From Spirochaetales bacterium (lineage in GTDB: Bacteria > Spirochaetota > Spirochaetia > JAFGXN01), in assembly GCA_016936615.1 (NCBI GenBank), contig JAFGXN010000050.1, positions 1 through 61,199 of the forward strand: DNA of 61,199 nucleotides. The letters run 5' to 3'. The translations under genes and the position numbers were made by a program. Of this stretch, positions 44,842 to 54,339 are shown piece by piece. Each line of letters starts with the position of its first letter. Positions within the stretch are counted from its first letter, which is position 1. Below the pieces are notes generated by a model that was not told the origin of the DNA, did no database searches, and was given only the letters and a program-made list of their open reading frames with translations.

Positions 44842-46593
44842 CTATTTATGCTTCTTCCAATCAATTCTCCAGTTATGGTCTTTCAACTCTGATTTATCGT
44901 AATCCATTCCCATGTTTCCACCTGGATTCATAATATTATTAGGGTCAAAGTATTGCTTAAGAGCCTTGATTGCTCCCATCTCAGTATCTCCAAGATGTTC
45001 CTGCATCCATGGACCAATCATTCGACCTACACCGTGGTGGTGAGACAACGAACCGCCATACTTATTTATCGCGTCAAAGATTCCTGTCTGAAACTCCTGA
45101 TACTCTTTCATATCATTCATCTTACAGAAAAAGATAAAATAAAGATTTGTTCCACCTGGATAGAAGTGTGAAGCATGTGTTAGACAGCCAGTATTTGGTC
45201 TAGACTTAACATACTCTCTAACTCCCTTGTGAAGTGCATGAAGATTATCCCAAGTAACGCCTGATTCAGTTGTATCTAGAATCATTGCGTAGTCGTTCAA
45301 ATCCTCTCGCAAATATGGATCCTTGTATCGGCCGTGTTCCCAACTTGATAGAGCATATTTAGTCAAAGACATTCCGCCGTGTTTTCGGCAGATTCTCTTT
45401 GCTTTTCGTCTTACATTCTTTGCAAAGCCTTTCTCACCACAAGTTCTTGCTAGGAATAGGCATCTAGTTCCATCTTTGTAACCAAACACCTTCATTATAG
45501 GATCAAGAGGAGTTCCCGCAACCCCATACAATCTAAGACCCATAGCAGTCTCTTCTGGATCTGAAATTCTCATTACTCCAGGAAAACCGAACTCACCCTG
45601 AGAGATCTCTCGACAAGCATTAACTCCATCTTCCCAAGTTCTAAATACATAAGAGAAGCCATACTTAGTCTCTGGACTATGATAGAAAATCTTCATTGTC
45701 AATGCAGTGATAACACCATAACAGCCCTCACTACCCTTGATCATATCAAGAACCTTAGGACCTGATGCTGTTGCTGGATAGACATGAGTCTGAATAACTC
45801 CTTTTGGAGAGACAAATTCAACTCCCATCACGATATCACAAGCATCTCCGAAGTATGAAGACTCCTGACCAGAACCAAGTGCTGCAACCCAACCACCGAC
45901 AGAAGAGTACTCGAATGACTGTGGAAAATGTCCACAAGTATAGTTTTTCTTAGTCTTGTGACTCTTCTTTGAATTGTTCAATACTGCCTCATAAGCAGGA
46001 CCCATCATACCAGATTGAACAGTTGCAGTCTTGTTAAGCTCATTTATCTCAAGAACCTTGTTCATATGGGTGTTAAGAACAAGAGTAACTCCACCCTTAG
46101 TTGGTCTAAATCCGAAGTTTACTGAAGATCCACCACCAAATGTATAGAGTGGGATCTTATGATCATTACAATATTTTACAATATCACTGACATCCTGAGT
46201 ATGTCTTGGATGTACAACAAGATCAGTTACATCCCCGATTAGATTCTGCCTAAGCTCAAGAGCCTCTTCCATTGTCTTTCCAGTAGAGTAGAACAATCTA
46301 TCATAGTCTGACAAAGAGATATTCTCACTGCCAACAATCTTTGTAATCGCCTCTACATGTTTCTTGTCAATCAAAGAGGGCTTGTCTGGAATTGCTACCT
46401 GCTCTCTTCCTTCAAACTCCTTAGTTCTAAAATCATCATCTGTCAAGCCAAACTGATCCTTCATGTACTGATACATCTTTGACTTTGGATGTTTGAACCC
46501 ATCTGGGGCTCCCCATTTAAAAACTGATCTGTATGATCCCTTCTCTGGCACTTTCTCAGACCAATCTGGTTGATAACCTTTACTTTTACCCAT
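44842..46593 (-). CDS. FAD-linked oxidase, alkyl-dihydroxyacetonephosphate synthase (AGPS)-like
   Basis: 583 aa with FAD_binding_4-type N-terminal half. C-terminal LSHHHGVGRMIGPWMQEHLG...KQYFDPNNIMNPG resembles the HHH loop and tail of AGPS. N-terminal FKWGAPDGFKHP resembles the AGPS WNGWG region. SD AGGAGAG upstream. Confidence 0.6.
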   Translation of the reverse strand: MGKSKGYQPDWSEKVPEKGSYRSVFKWGAPDGFKHPKSKMYQYMKDQFGLTDDDFRTKEFEGREQVAIPDKPSLIDKKHVEAITKIVGSENISLSDYDRLFYSTGKTMEEALELRQNLIGDVTDLVVHPRHTQDVSDIVKYCNDHKIPLYTFGGGSSVNFGFRPTKGGVTLVLNTHMNKVLEINELNKTATVQSGMMGPAYEAVLNNSKKSHKTKKNYTCGHFPQSFEYSSVGGWVAALGSGQESSYFGDACDIVMGVEFVSPKGVIQTHVYPATASGPKVLDMIKGSEGCYGVITALTMKIFYHSPETKYGFSYVFRTWEDGVNACREISQGEFGFPGVMRISDPEETAMGLRLYGVAGTPLDPIMKVFGYKDGTRCLFLARTCGEKGFAKNVRRKAKRICRKHGGMSLTKYALSSWEHGRYKDPYLREDLNDYAMILDTTESGVTWDNLHALHKGVREYVKSRPNTGCLTHASHFYPGGTNLYFIFFCKMNDMKEYQEFQTGIFDAINKYGGSLSHHHGVGRMIGPWMQEHLGDTEMGAIKALKQYFDPNNIMNPGGNMGMDYDKSELKDHNWRIDWKKHK

Positions 46594-46615
46594 AAATCTC
46601 TCCTATCTATAATTA

Positions 46616-46960
46616 TTATATGTCAGTAGTTGCTATTAAACGAACACCTAACCCAAGTAAATTGTCCGCTACAATATCCCCAACCTTTAACCTACGATCA
46701 ACTTTGATTAAATTTATCTCCCTCATAAAATCAAAGATCTTATCTAAATCCACATCACTCTCAGTCCGAACTGGAAGACGTGGGAAATCATCAAAAACAG
46801 TCGCAACCGTTGTTGTAATTGTACGCACAGGATTAAGCATCTCCTGACGCGCATAATCAATCCCTTTGCGGCACCTATTCCCAGTCACAACAATCTCATC
46901 ACCATCTACCGTAATCTCAAGCTGGCAGCCCTGTGGGCAACTTATACAAACCTTATTCAT
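46616..46960 (-). CDS. DUF1667-domain protein
   Basis: Start at ATG 46960 (MNKVCISCPQGCQLEITVDGDEIVVTGNRCRKG), a Cys-rich N-terminus typical of DUF1667. Overlaps the upstream gene by 8 nt. Confidence 0.7.
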   Translation of the reverse strand: MNKVCISCPQGCQLEITVDGDEIVVTGNRCRKGIDYARQEMLNPVRTITTTVATVFDDFPRLPVRTESDVDLDKIFDFMREINLIKVDRRLKVGDIVADNLLGLGVRLIATTDI

Positions 46961-48221
46961 TGTTAGCCTCCACAAGATTGAAGACCAGAGACCTATCCTT
47001 GTGAACAATCTTCTCTGGCTTGATTATAACTTTTTCCATTTCAGGAGGTCTTAGAACCATGTATTTCTTTGAAAAAACTACATCATCCCCATTCTTCACC
47101 TCAAGACGCGCATTACGACACTCTTTTTTTACCCTAAAATAAAAAATTAAATCCTCACTGCTACAAGGATCTGCAAACTGCGGAACCTTGTATAAGAATT
47201 TGCCATTATCCTCAACAGGGAGAGACTCGCCACGAAGAAGCTCTCCCTTCGCAAATAAAGCAGCAGATCTGCCCGCAATCTCCCCAGACTCTGAGACAAA
47301 GTCAGCCAAATCATTTACATGCAAAGCATTTCCACAAGAGAAGGCGCCATCCAACATTGTGTGCATATTCTGGTCCACATACGGGCCTTTTGTAGAGTTA
47401 TCAAGAACCAGGCCAAGGGTCTCTAGCATATCATTCTCAGGGATAAGTCCAACAGAGAGAATCAAAGAGTCGCAAGGTATATACCGTTGAGTTCCCTCAA
47501 CTATCTTAAAATTGCTATCAATCTGCGCAACTTCAACACCCTCTACCCTCTCCTTTCCGAAGACGCGAGTAACAGTAGTACTCAGATGTAGCGGAATATT
47601 AAAATCCTCAAGACACTGCGCAATATTTCGCGAAAGCCCTGAAGGCTCTGATTTAATCTCATAGACCCCCTCGACCTCAGCACCCTCAAGCACCAACCTA
47701 CGAGCCATAATCAAACCAATATCACCAGAGCCAAGAATAACCGCCCTCTTCGAAGGCATATAGCCCTGGATATTTATAAAAAACTGGGCCTGCCCCGCAG
47801 TCATAACACCTGCAGGTCGCGTTCCATGAATAAAAACCTGCTTTGCAGATCTCTCACGGCAACCCATAGCAAAGACAATAGACTTTGTACCAACACGGGC
47901 GACACCCTTAGAATTCTGAATCTCTAACTCAAAGCCTCTTTCCAACTGCTTAATTTCTCTAACAAAAGAGTTCAAAAAGACCTTCACCCCACACTCTCTC
48001 AACTTCTCAATCTCTTTACAAGCATATTCAGGACCAGTCAACCTCTGGTTAAACCTCTCTAGCCCAAAGCCATCATGAATACACTGCTTAAGAATACCAC
48101 CAAGCCTATCTTCACGCTCTATCAAAAGGGTAGAAGCTCCTGACTCATGACTACTTACCGCAGCAGCAAGCCCTGCAGGCCCTCCACCTATGACAACAAC
48201 ATCATAACTAGCTACAATCAT
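46953..48221 (-). CDS. NAD(P)/FAD-dependent pyridine-nucleotide-disulfide-type oxidoreductase
   Basis: 422 aa with two Rossmann motifs (VVVIGGGPAGLAAA and AVILGSGDIGLIMA). ATGA overlap with the upstream gene. Confidence 0.75.
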   Translation of the reverse strand: MIVASYDVVVIGGGPAGLAAAVSSHESGASTLLIEREDRLGGILKQCIHDGFGLERFNQRLTGPEYACKEIEKLRECGVKVFLNSFVREIKQLERGFELEIQNSKGVARVGTKSIVFAMGCRERSAKQVFIHGTRPAGVMTAGQAQFFINIQGYMPSKRAVILGSGDIGLIMARRLVLEGAEVEGVYEIKSEPSGLSRNIAQCLEDFNIPLHLSTTVTRVFGKERVEGVEVAQIDSNFKIVEGTQRYIPCDSLILSVGLIPENDMLETLGLVLDNSTKGPYVDQNMHTMLDGAFSCGNALHVNDLADFVSESGEIAGRSAALFAKGELLRGESLPVEDNGKFLYKVPQFADPCSSEDLIFYFRVKKECRNARLEVKNGDDVVFSKKYMVLRPPEMEKVIIKPEKIVHKDRSLVFNLVEANNE

Positions 48222-49972
48222 TGTACATCCTCCTGAGCCGAAGTTTTAACATATGAGTAATCTATATCACCTTTTGTCTTTTTCAATATAACAGGAGATC
48301 TTCCACCTTTCTTAGTAATAGCCTCGACAGGCAAGCCAGTCTCCTCTTGAATTATCTGAAAAATCCTTGGAGTACAGAACCCACCATGACACCGACCAGT
48401 TATTGCTCCAGTTCGACGCTTGATACTGTCAAGAGAGACTGGAACAAGTGGAGATCTAAATACATCACGGATTTCACCCTCTGAAATCTGTTCACATCTA
48501 CAAACAATTGTTCCATATTTAGGGTTCTTCTTGACTAACTCCTCTAAATGCTTAGCATCCATAGAACGAGTCTCAGGAATAGAAAATTTTCTCTTCTCAG
48601 AGTAATTAGGATTCTTATCAATGACCATCTTCGAAGAGAGTATATCCAAAGACATATTCACTACATCCTCAGCAATTGCAGGTGCACTAGCAAGTCCAGG
48701 TGATTGAATTCCTGCTACATGGATAAAATTTCTAACCCTCTTTGACTTCTCAATTATAAAATCTTCTTTGTATGTGCAAGCTCTCACCCCTGCAAAGAAA
48801 GTGATAATATCAGATACTTCAATTTTTTTATTTAGCTTAAAATGGTTAGAGAGCTGAGAAATATCAACACTCGAAGTAGAATAATCCTCTCTCTCCACGA
48901 CCTCATGCGCAGTAGGACCAATCAAAACATTTCCTTCGATTGTCTTAATCAAACCTCCGCCCTTAGTCTTTGTCTTTGCAAGATTAAAACTAGGTCTTGC
49001 CATAATATGATTCAAAAACTGAGCCTTCTTTCTATCAACAATAACATCTACACCTTTTCTAAAATGCAACGAGTAGAATTTATCTCCCGCAAACTCTGCT
49101 ATCTTATCCGCCCACGCACCAGCAGAATTTATAACCAACCCAGCCTTGATACTACCCTTATTCGTAGCAACTGAATAAATACCATCTCCATCCTTCTCAA
49201 AACCAGAGACCAAAGTGTCGAGCGAGACCTTAACCCCATTTTCAACCGCATGCTCAGCTAGTGCAACAACAAGCCGATAAGGCGAAAGCTGACCAGTTGT
49301 AGGCATATAAAAAGCACCATATTGTTTGCCCTCGATGTAAGGCTCCTTTCTCATCAGTGATTTCCTGCTGATATATCGCGTACCCTTTACACCATTAGCC
49401 CGTGCTCTCATTTTAAATATAGGAAGTAACAAACGCAAAGCAGAAGATCCAAAAACGATCAAAGATCCAGGTCTAAAAAAAGGAACATTCAAATCTTCAC
49501 AAAGCTTAGTGTATGCCTCGTTTCCTCGCACATTATACTTAGCCTTCAAACTCCCGGGTTTAGCTGCAATACCAGGATGAATAACCCCATCATTTCTCGA
49601 AGATGCATGCATCCCCACATCTGATTCCTTCTCAAGAAGCAAAACAGATAAATTGTATGCTGATAATTTACTTGCAATAGAACAACCGATAACTCCTGCT
49701 CCGATAATAACTACATCATAGATACTACCATTTAGAGACTCATCAGTTAGCGAAGCCTTAGGAAAAGGCTCTTCTTTTAGATTTTTTATTGAAACATTAC
49801 TTATAACCTGATTAAACGGGAACCCAGCAGCGATATAACCTGCTTCAAGTTTTTGATCTAAAGAATCAACCTCACCCTCTAATAAGACACTCTCATTAAC
49901 CAAAGATACTTTAATATTTGCAAAACCTTTTTTAATTAATTTCTTTTCTAAAGATTGGAGAAACTTTTGCAC
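48218..49972 (-). CDS. FAD-dependent oxidoreductase, glycerol-3-phosphate dehydrogenase/oxidase-like, with BFD-like [2Fe-2S] motif and an extra N-terminal domain
   Basis: 584 aa. GTG start with AGGAGG 5 nt upstream. DAO-type Rossmann motif DVVIIGAGVIGCSIA at about residue 86, and a BFD-like segment CRCEQISEGEI. Confidence 0.7.
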   Translation of the reverse strand: MQKFLQSLEKKLIKKGFANIKVSLVNESVLLEGEVDSLDQKLEAGYIAAGFPFNQVISNVSIKNLKEEPFPKASLTDESLNGSIYDVVIIGAGVIGCSIASKLSAYNLSVLLLEKESDVGMHASSRNDGVIHPGIAAKPGSLKAKYNVRGNEAYTKLCEDLNVPFFRPGSLIVFGSSALRLLLPIFKMRARANGVKGTRYISRKSLMRKEPYIEGKQYGAFYMPTTGQLSPYRLVVALAEHAVENGVKVSLDTLVSGFEKDGDGIYSVATNKGSIKAGLVINSAGAWADKIAEFAGDKFYSLHFRKGVDVIVDRKKAQFLNHIMARPSFNLAKTKTKGGGLIKTIEGNVLIGPTAHEVVEREDYSTSSVDISQLSNHFKLNKKIEVSDIITFFAGVRACTYKEDFIIEKSKRVRNFIHVAGIQSPGLASAPAIAEDVVNMSLDILSSKMVIDKNPNYSEKRKFSIPETRSMDAKHLEELVKKNPKYGTIVCRCEQISEGEIRDVFRSPLVPVSLDSIKRRTGAITGRCHGGFCTPRIFQIIQEETGLPVEAITKKGGRSPVILKKTKGDIDYSYVKTSAQEDVQ

Positions 49973-50010
49973 CCTAACCTCCTATGCTCATACAAACAAG
50001 AACATACTTT

Positions 50011-50039
50011 ATTTTAGGGTGAGTAATGATAATTGTCAA
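50011..50039 (-). promoter_or_regulatory. candidate sigma70-type promoter of the four-gene flavoenzyme/AGPS-like operon
   Basis: On the minus strand: TTGACA (50039-50034), 17-nt spacer, TAAAAT (50016-50011). Confidence 0.55.
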
Positions 50040-50116
50040 ACAAAAAAGAACACAAATGACACATTAATGTTACATATTTATGAAAATTGAACAAAAGCGA
50101 ACACTTTCGACAAGAG

Positions 50117-51604
50117 TTAAGGCAATGAAATTAGAAAATCCTGTCCGTAGATTCTACCAAGACCACGATAACCAAGCATCACAGTTGCATTCAAATCATT
50201 TCCTCGGCTATTAGTCTTCTCTTCTTTACGATAGATAATCTCATCAGTTTTAAAATCATATACAAGCACATAACCCTTTACAACGAGAGATATCTGAGAC
50301 TGATCATCAGAAAACTCATCTAAAGATGATACTCCAATAACAATCCTATCATAAGTAGTAGCAAATTTCTCTTTAACAACTCGAATAAACTCAGCCTCCG
50401 AAACCCTCGATAAATCATTATCAAGCGTGACAACATCAACATTAAAACCTTTCTGCTGCAAGAACATCTCTAAACCATTTGCAGTCTCATGCGCAGTCAA
50501 TCTATTCCCAGCTCTATCTAAATCATAAATTAAGATTGCTGTCTTTGCAGTAGAAGCATTAGAAAAGACATTATAGGAGGCATTCAAGACCTTAGACTCA
50601 CCAAGAACCTTCAATCTATTAGCATAATCCGTAATAGTCTCATCCGCAGTATTTGCAACTGGATAGAGCCCGCGAAGATCAGGTCTAAAAGAGAGAGTAT
50701 AAGCGCCTTTATCATTTACACTCTCCACTGCAAACTGGAATTTTCCTTCTGAATTAGACCTAATCAGCAATGATTTACCAACTCTCTCCCCTGCAGCACC
50801 ACCCGCCACTTGAAAAGATACCACAATCGGAAGGTCAACAATATTTGCTATACCAGAAAAAGTTGGCTTATTAGTAGCATTCAAACGAATCTCAAAGCTA
50901 CTACTTGAAAGAGACAACTCAAGCTTCTGAACAACAGAAAAAACTAAATTATAAATATTTGACGCTATTACGTAATCTTCTTTCTTCGCCTTCTTTACAA
51001 AATCATTAGTCTGAGAAACAGTATCTTTTAATTTTGAATAAGACATAGGAATCTGATCAGTAAAGACCTCATCATAGAATTTATAAAACTTTGAATAAAA
51101 ATCATACCACTCTTTATTAAGAACAACTAATGTACTTAAAAAATTACCAGCGGAACTCTCTTTAGAATTATGAAATTGAATAGTATTTATAAAGCCACCA
51201 ACATTATCAAGCCGCAAAAAATCAAAATCTGTAATATTCTGCTCCAAAGGCTCTGAACTCTTCTTTTTCTTATCATCAATATTCTCAGAATACTCAAATG
51301 GATTTGCCAAATTATAACTCTTCAAGGCATTTGCAACACTATCAAATACATCTTTATAGACAGGAGAATCTTCCATAACATCCATCGAGGCAACAATAAT
51401 AGAAGTGATAAAGTTCAAAGAGACATCCTCGTTCACACTTCTTGAACTAGAACCAGTCTTAATAGATGTCTTAAAAAAGACAAAACCACTATACTCAATA
51501 TTTTCCGAATTAACCCAAGAAGGAAGATCCTTTGAATCTATCGTCTTACAAGAAGAAAAAAAGAGAGATAAAACAATAAATATATAAAAACCATTTTTTT
51601 TCAT
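50117..51604 (-). CDS. hypothetical lipoprotein (last gene of the exported-protein operon)
   Basis: Start ATG 51604 (MKKNGFYIFIVLSLFFSSC lipobox), with GAGG upstream. About 495 aa, no family recognised. Confidence 0.7.
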   Translation of the reverse strand: MKKNGFYIFIVLSLFFSSCKTIDSKDLPSWVNSENIEYSGFVFFKTSIKTGSSSRSVNEDVSLNFITSIIVASMDVMEDSPVYKDVFDSVANALKSYNLANPFEYSENIDDKKKKSSEPLEQNITDFDFLRLDNVGGFINTIQFHNSKESSAGNFLSTLVVLNKEWYDFYSKFYKFYDEVFTDQIPMSYSKLKDTVSQTNDFVKKAKKEDYVIASNIYNLVFSVVQKLELSLSSSSFEIRLNATNKPTFSGIANIVDLPIVVSFQVAGGAAGERVGKSLLIRSNSEGKFQFAVESVNDKGAYTLSFRPDLRGLYPVANTADETITDYANRLKVLGESKVLNASYNVFSNASTAKTAILIYDLDRAGNRLTAHETANGLEMFLQQKGFNVDVVTLDNDLSRVSEAEFIRVVKEKFATTYDRIVIGVSSLDEFSDDQSQISLVVKGYVLVYDFKTDEIIYRKEEKTNSRGNDLNATVMLGYRGLGRIYGQDFLISLP

Positions 51605-51621
51605 AGTCAACCTCAGCAATC

Positions 51622-52584
51622 CTATAATGACCAACACGAGTAGTATAAGGAATTTCTATCTATATAAGTCAAAGTTTGCCCAAAGACATTACTTGACAAG
51701 GCAGAAAACTCCCTATCCAAATCTAAGTTAGAACCAGTTACTCTTATAGTATACAATATATTTTCATTTTTTAGTAGCAATTTATTAAAAACTAAAAACT
51801 CTTTTTTAAAAAATTCCTCAAGAACAACTACGACCTCATTGTCCTCAAGATTAAAGACCAAATTATAATAAAACCCTAAAGAGAGATCAGCTACAAATTT
51901 CTCAACAATCATATCAGCAAACAACTCAACATTATCTTCCACCAACAGGCTTGAATCATCCGAAGGCGTATCAATCTCAGGTGACTCTATCGGTTCAGAA
52001 CCACCAATCTCCTCATAAAAAAGAGTTTGACCATCCTGAACATTTACAAAACCAACAAAAAAACCACCATTCTCGCCAATCTTATCAATCTCAACAATAT
52101 AATAACACGACAAAGCATATGCGACCCACTGAGACTGACCAATAGATTGAACATCCCCAGGCTGTGCATTTAGCCAGGCTTCAGAATAAAATGCAATCTC
52201 CTTATCCGTCGGAAAGGCAAAACCTTTTTCAGATTCTAAATAAGAAAAAAAGTCATCTATTTCCTGAGAATAGACAATATCCTTGTCCACATAAGGCAAA
52301 ACCCGAACCTCCGACAACAACAATCTAGCCTCTTCCTCAGAAATCTTTGCCACATCTTGCTCTAACGGACCAAACAGAGTACGATACTTACTCAGAGCAG
52401 GCAGATCCTCCACAAGCAAATCAACATCATTACTTGGATCTGAGACTTTATCCTCATAAACAATATCAGGAAAAACTGTAATCACATCATTTTCGCCCAC
52501 ATCAACTGCTCCACCATTCTCTGAATCCTCAGTCTTACACGCGAACAAAATAAAAACAATTAATAACAATAATCCTTTCTTCAT
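51622..52584 (-). CDS. hypothetical acidic lipoprotein
   Basis: Start ATG 52584 (MKKGLLLLIVFILFAC lipobox), with GAGG upstream. About 320 aa, D/E-rich, no family recognised. Confidence 0.7.
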   Translation of the reverse strand: MKKGLLLLIVFILFACKTEDSENGGAVDVGENDVITVFPDIVYEDKVSDPSNDVDLLVEDLPALSKYRTLFGPLEQDVAKISEEEARLLLSEVRVLPYVDKDIVYSQEIDDFFSYLESEKGFAFPTDKEIAFYSEAWLNAQPGDVQSIGQSQWVAYALSCYYIVEIDKIGENGGFFVGFVNVQDGQTLFYEEIGGSEPIESPEIDTPSDDSSLLVEDNVELFADMIVEKFVADLSLGFYYNLVFNLEDNEVVVVLEEFFKKEFLVFNKLLLKNENILYTIRVTGSNLDLDREFSALSSNVFGQTLTYIDRNSLYYSCWSL

Positions 52585-52592
52585 ATAAACCT

Positions 52593-54323
52593 CTAATATT
52601 TTAATCTTGCACCAATTGTCACATTCAAAGCCATAGGAACACTCCAAGGCTTAACATCATACAACGGAGTATGATATGTAAACGAACCATTCAAAAAAAC
52701 ACCTACATTACTAATAGGAAAATAAGTAAAAACCAAATCCGCCTTAATAGGAACAAACTTCAAAGAAGTATCATCTGGAATCCCCTTCGAAGGGACAAAG
52801 CCAAGACCCAACCCAAACCCGGTACTAAGCGAAAATCTGTTAAAATAGTAATCAAACATAAAACCAGCGAAAAGATTAGCGACCATAACGTCATTCTCAT
52901 CAAAATTAAGACTAAAAATATCATTCCTAGATCTTGATTCCAGTCTCATCAGAAAAGGAATTCCCTCATCCGCAGTAGGTGAATCAAAAAACAGATCAAA
53001 CCCCAAATAAGGGCGAAAAGAGTTTAATCCCCTATCAGTTGAGATCTTTGCCGAAATACTACCAACAGGCTCACTCAATGGGTCTTCTCCGGGGAAAATA
53101 TCTCCAGAACGATAAAAAAACAAACCCATCCCCATCGAAATATCAAAGTTAAAGCCCACACTCTTAACAGGAACAACATAATCACCAATCGAGACTGGTC
53201 TCTCCGAATACAACAGCTTACAGAAAGAAATTTGCTCCCCAACATCTAACACCTGCAATCTACCATAGATATCCTCTGAAACAGAATCATCCTCAGCATT
53301 ATAGGTGCTTTTTGTCAATTCCAAGAACTGCCCGCTGTAGATATTATCTGCCTTTCCAAGATGGACAATAATCTCCTTGTTCCTCATATAATCTAAAATC
53401 AATCCAGAGCTAGTGACAAAACCCCCGCCTGAAAAGAAATATTGAAGATGCCGACTCAAATCTGCAAAGGCATTGCGATAAGCAATCCCCTCATCCTCAG
53501 ACAAACCAGCAGAAGAAAAGCTAATAGATGTAACAAAAGGAGACTCTCGCAAATCATATATCAACAACTCAACATCAATAAAACATGTATAATACTTCTT
53601 AAATTCAACCTTCTCGCGAATTCCTTTTACAACAGGAATAATCAATAACGACGATTCAGCCAGTTCTGAGCCATCCTCATCTAGATACTCTTTCTCACCA
53701 TCAAAAGCTTTTTTAAATTCAGGCAAAACCCTCAAGAAGTAGCCTAGATCTCGAAGCCCATCAGCTCTAAGTTTTGCAAGCTCCTCTTGCTTGATTCTAA
53801 GCTGCTCAGCCTCTTTCTCCGCCTTCTCCGCAGCAAGCCTCTTCTCCTCAGCAATCTCTGCCTCTGTCTTCTCCACTGGTTCTTCAGCTTTAGTCTCCGA
53901 AGCCTCAGCAGAACCATCTTTGCCTTCAGCCTCTTCTTCCTCGACCTCTTCAACAACCTTGTATAATCCAGCCAAAGAGAGTAACTGAGTAAAATCCTTT
54001 TTCTCATAATTTTCAAAGCTTGAGTAAAAAAAACTATCTATCGACAGGTAAGAATTATAACTATCAACAGCTAAATCAACTCGATTAAAACTTACCCTGC
54101 TCTGCCTGTGATACAAACTCATCAAAACAGAATAAATAGAATGATATATCGTAGTGACCCTGTTATCAACTGCAACAACTTCACTAGCATCTTCGCCTAG
54201 AGAGAACCCCTCATCTGAAACTTGCTTGATCTCAGGCAAAACTAAGAATAAAGCCTGATCCGAGAAAGCACAACAACAACTTAATATAAAAAAAAGAGAA
54301 AAAAACAACCTCTTTGCCAGCAT
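52593..54323 (-). CDS. hypothetical exported protein: coiled-coil/E-K-rich region plus C-terminal beta-barrel-like domain
   Basis: 576 aa. Signal peptide MLAKRLFFSLFFILSCCCAFS and a charged coiled coil (AEEKRLAAEKAEKEAEQLRIKQEELAKLR). The last roughly 190 aa show alternating hydrophobic/aromatic strands and end in GARLKY, with a terminal aromatic residue as in OMPs. SD GGGGGA upstream. Confidence 0.65.
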   Translation of the reverse strand: MLAKRLFFSLFFILSCCCAFSDQALFLVLPEIKQVSDEGFSLGEDASEVVAVDNRVTTIYHSIYSVLMSLYHRQSRVSFNRVDLAVDSYNSYLSIDSFFYSSFENYEKKDFTQLLSLAGLYKVVEEVEEEEAEGKDGSAEASETKAEEPVEKTEAEIAEEKRLAAEKAEKEAEQLRIKQEELAKLRADGLRDLGYFLRVLPEFKKAFDGEKEYLDEDGSELAESSLLIIPVVKGIREKVEFKKYYTCFIDVELLIYDLRESPFVTSISFSSAGLSEDEGIAYRNAFADLSRHLQYFFSGGGFVTSSGLILDYMRNKEIIVHLGKADNIYSGQFLELTKSTYNAEDDSVSEDIYGRLQVLDVGEQISFCKLLYSERPVSIGDYVVPVKSVGFNFDISMGMGLFFYRSGDIFPGEDPLSEPVGSISAKISTDRGLNSFRPYLGFDLFFDSPTADEGIPFLMRLESRSRNDIFSLNFDENDVMVANLFAGFMFDYYFNRFSLSTGFGLGLGFVPSKGIPDDTSLKFVPIKADLVFTYFPISNVGVFLNGSFTYHTPLYDVKPWSVPMALNVTIGARLKY

Positions 54324-54339
54324 TCAAAATCCCCCGACA

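Noticed and set aside
53744-54016. Arg/Lys-rich 90-aa ORF, and the Ser-rich ORFs at 53791-53988, 55818-56195 and 56006-56221
   Set aside because: These are alternative-frame or opposite-strand readings of the Glu/Asp/Lys-rich low-complexity tracts of the exported-protein genes. They are a compositional artefact, not independent genes.
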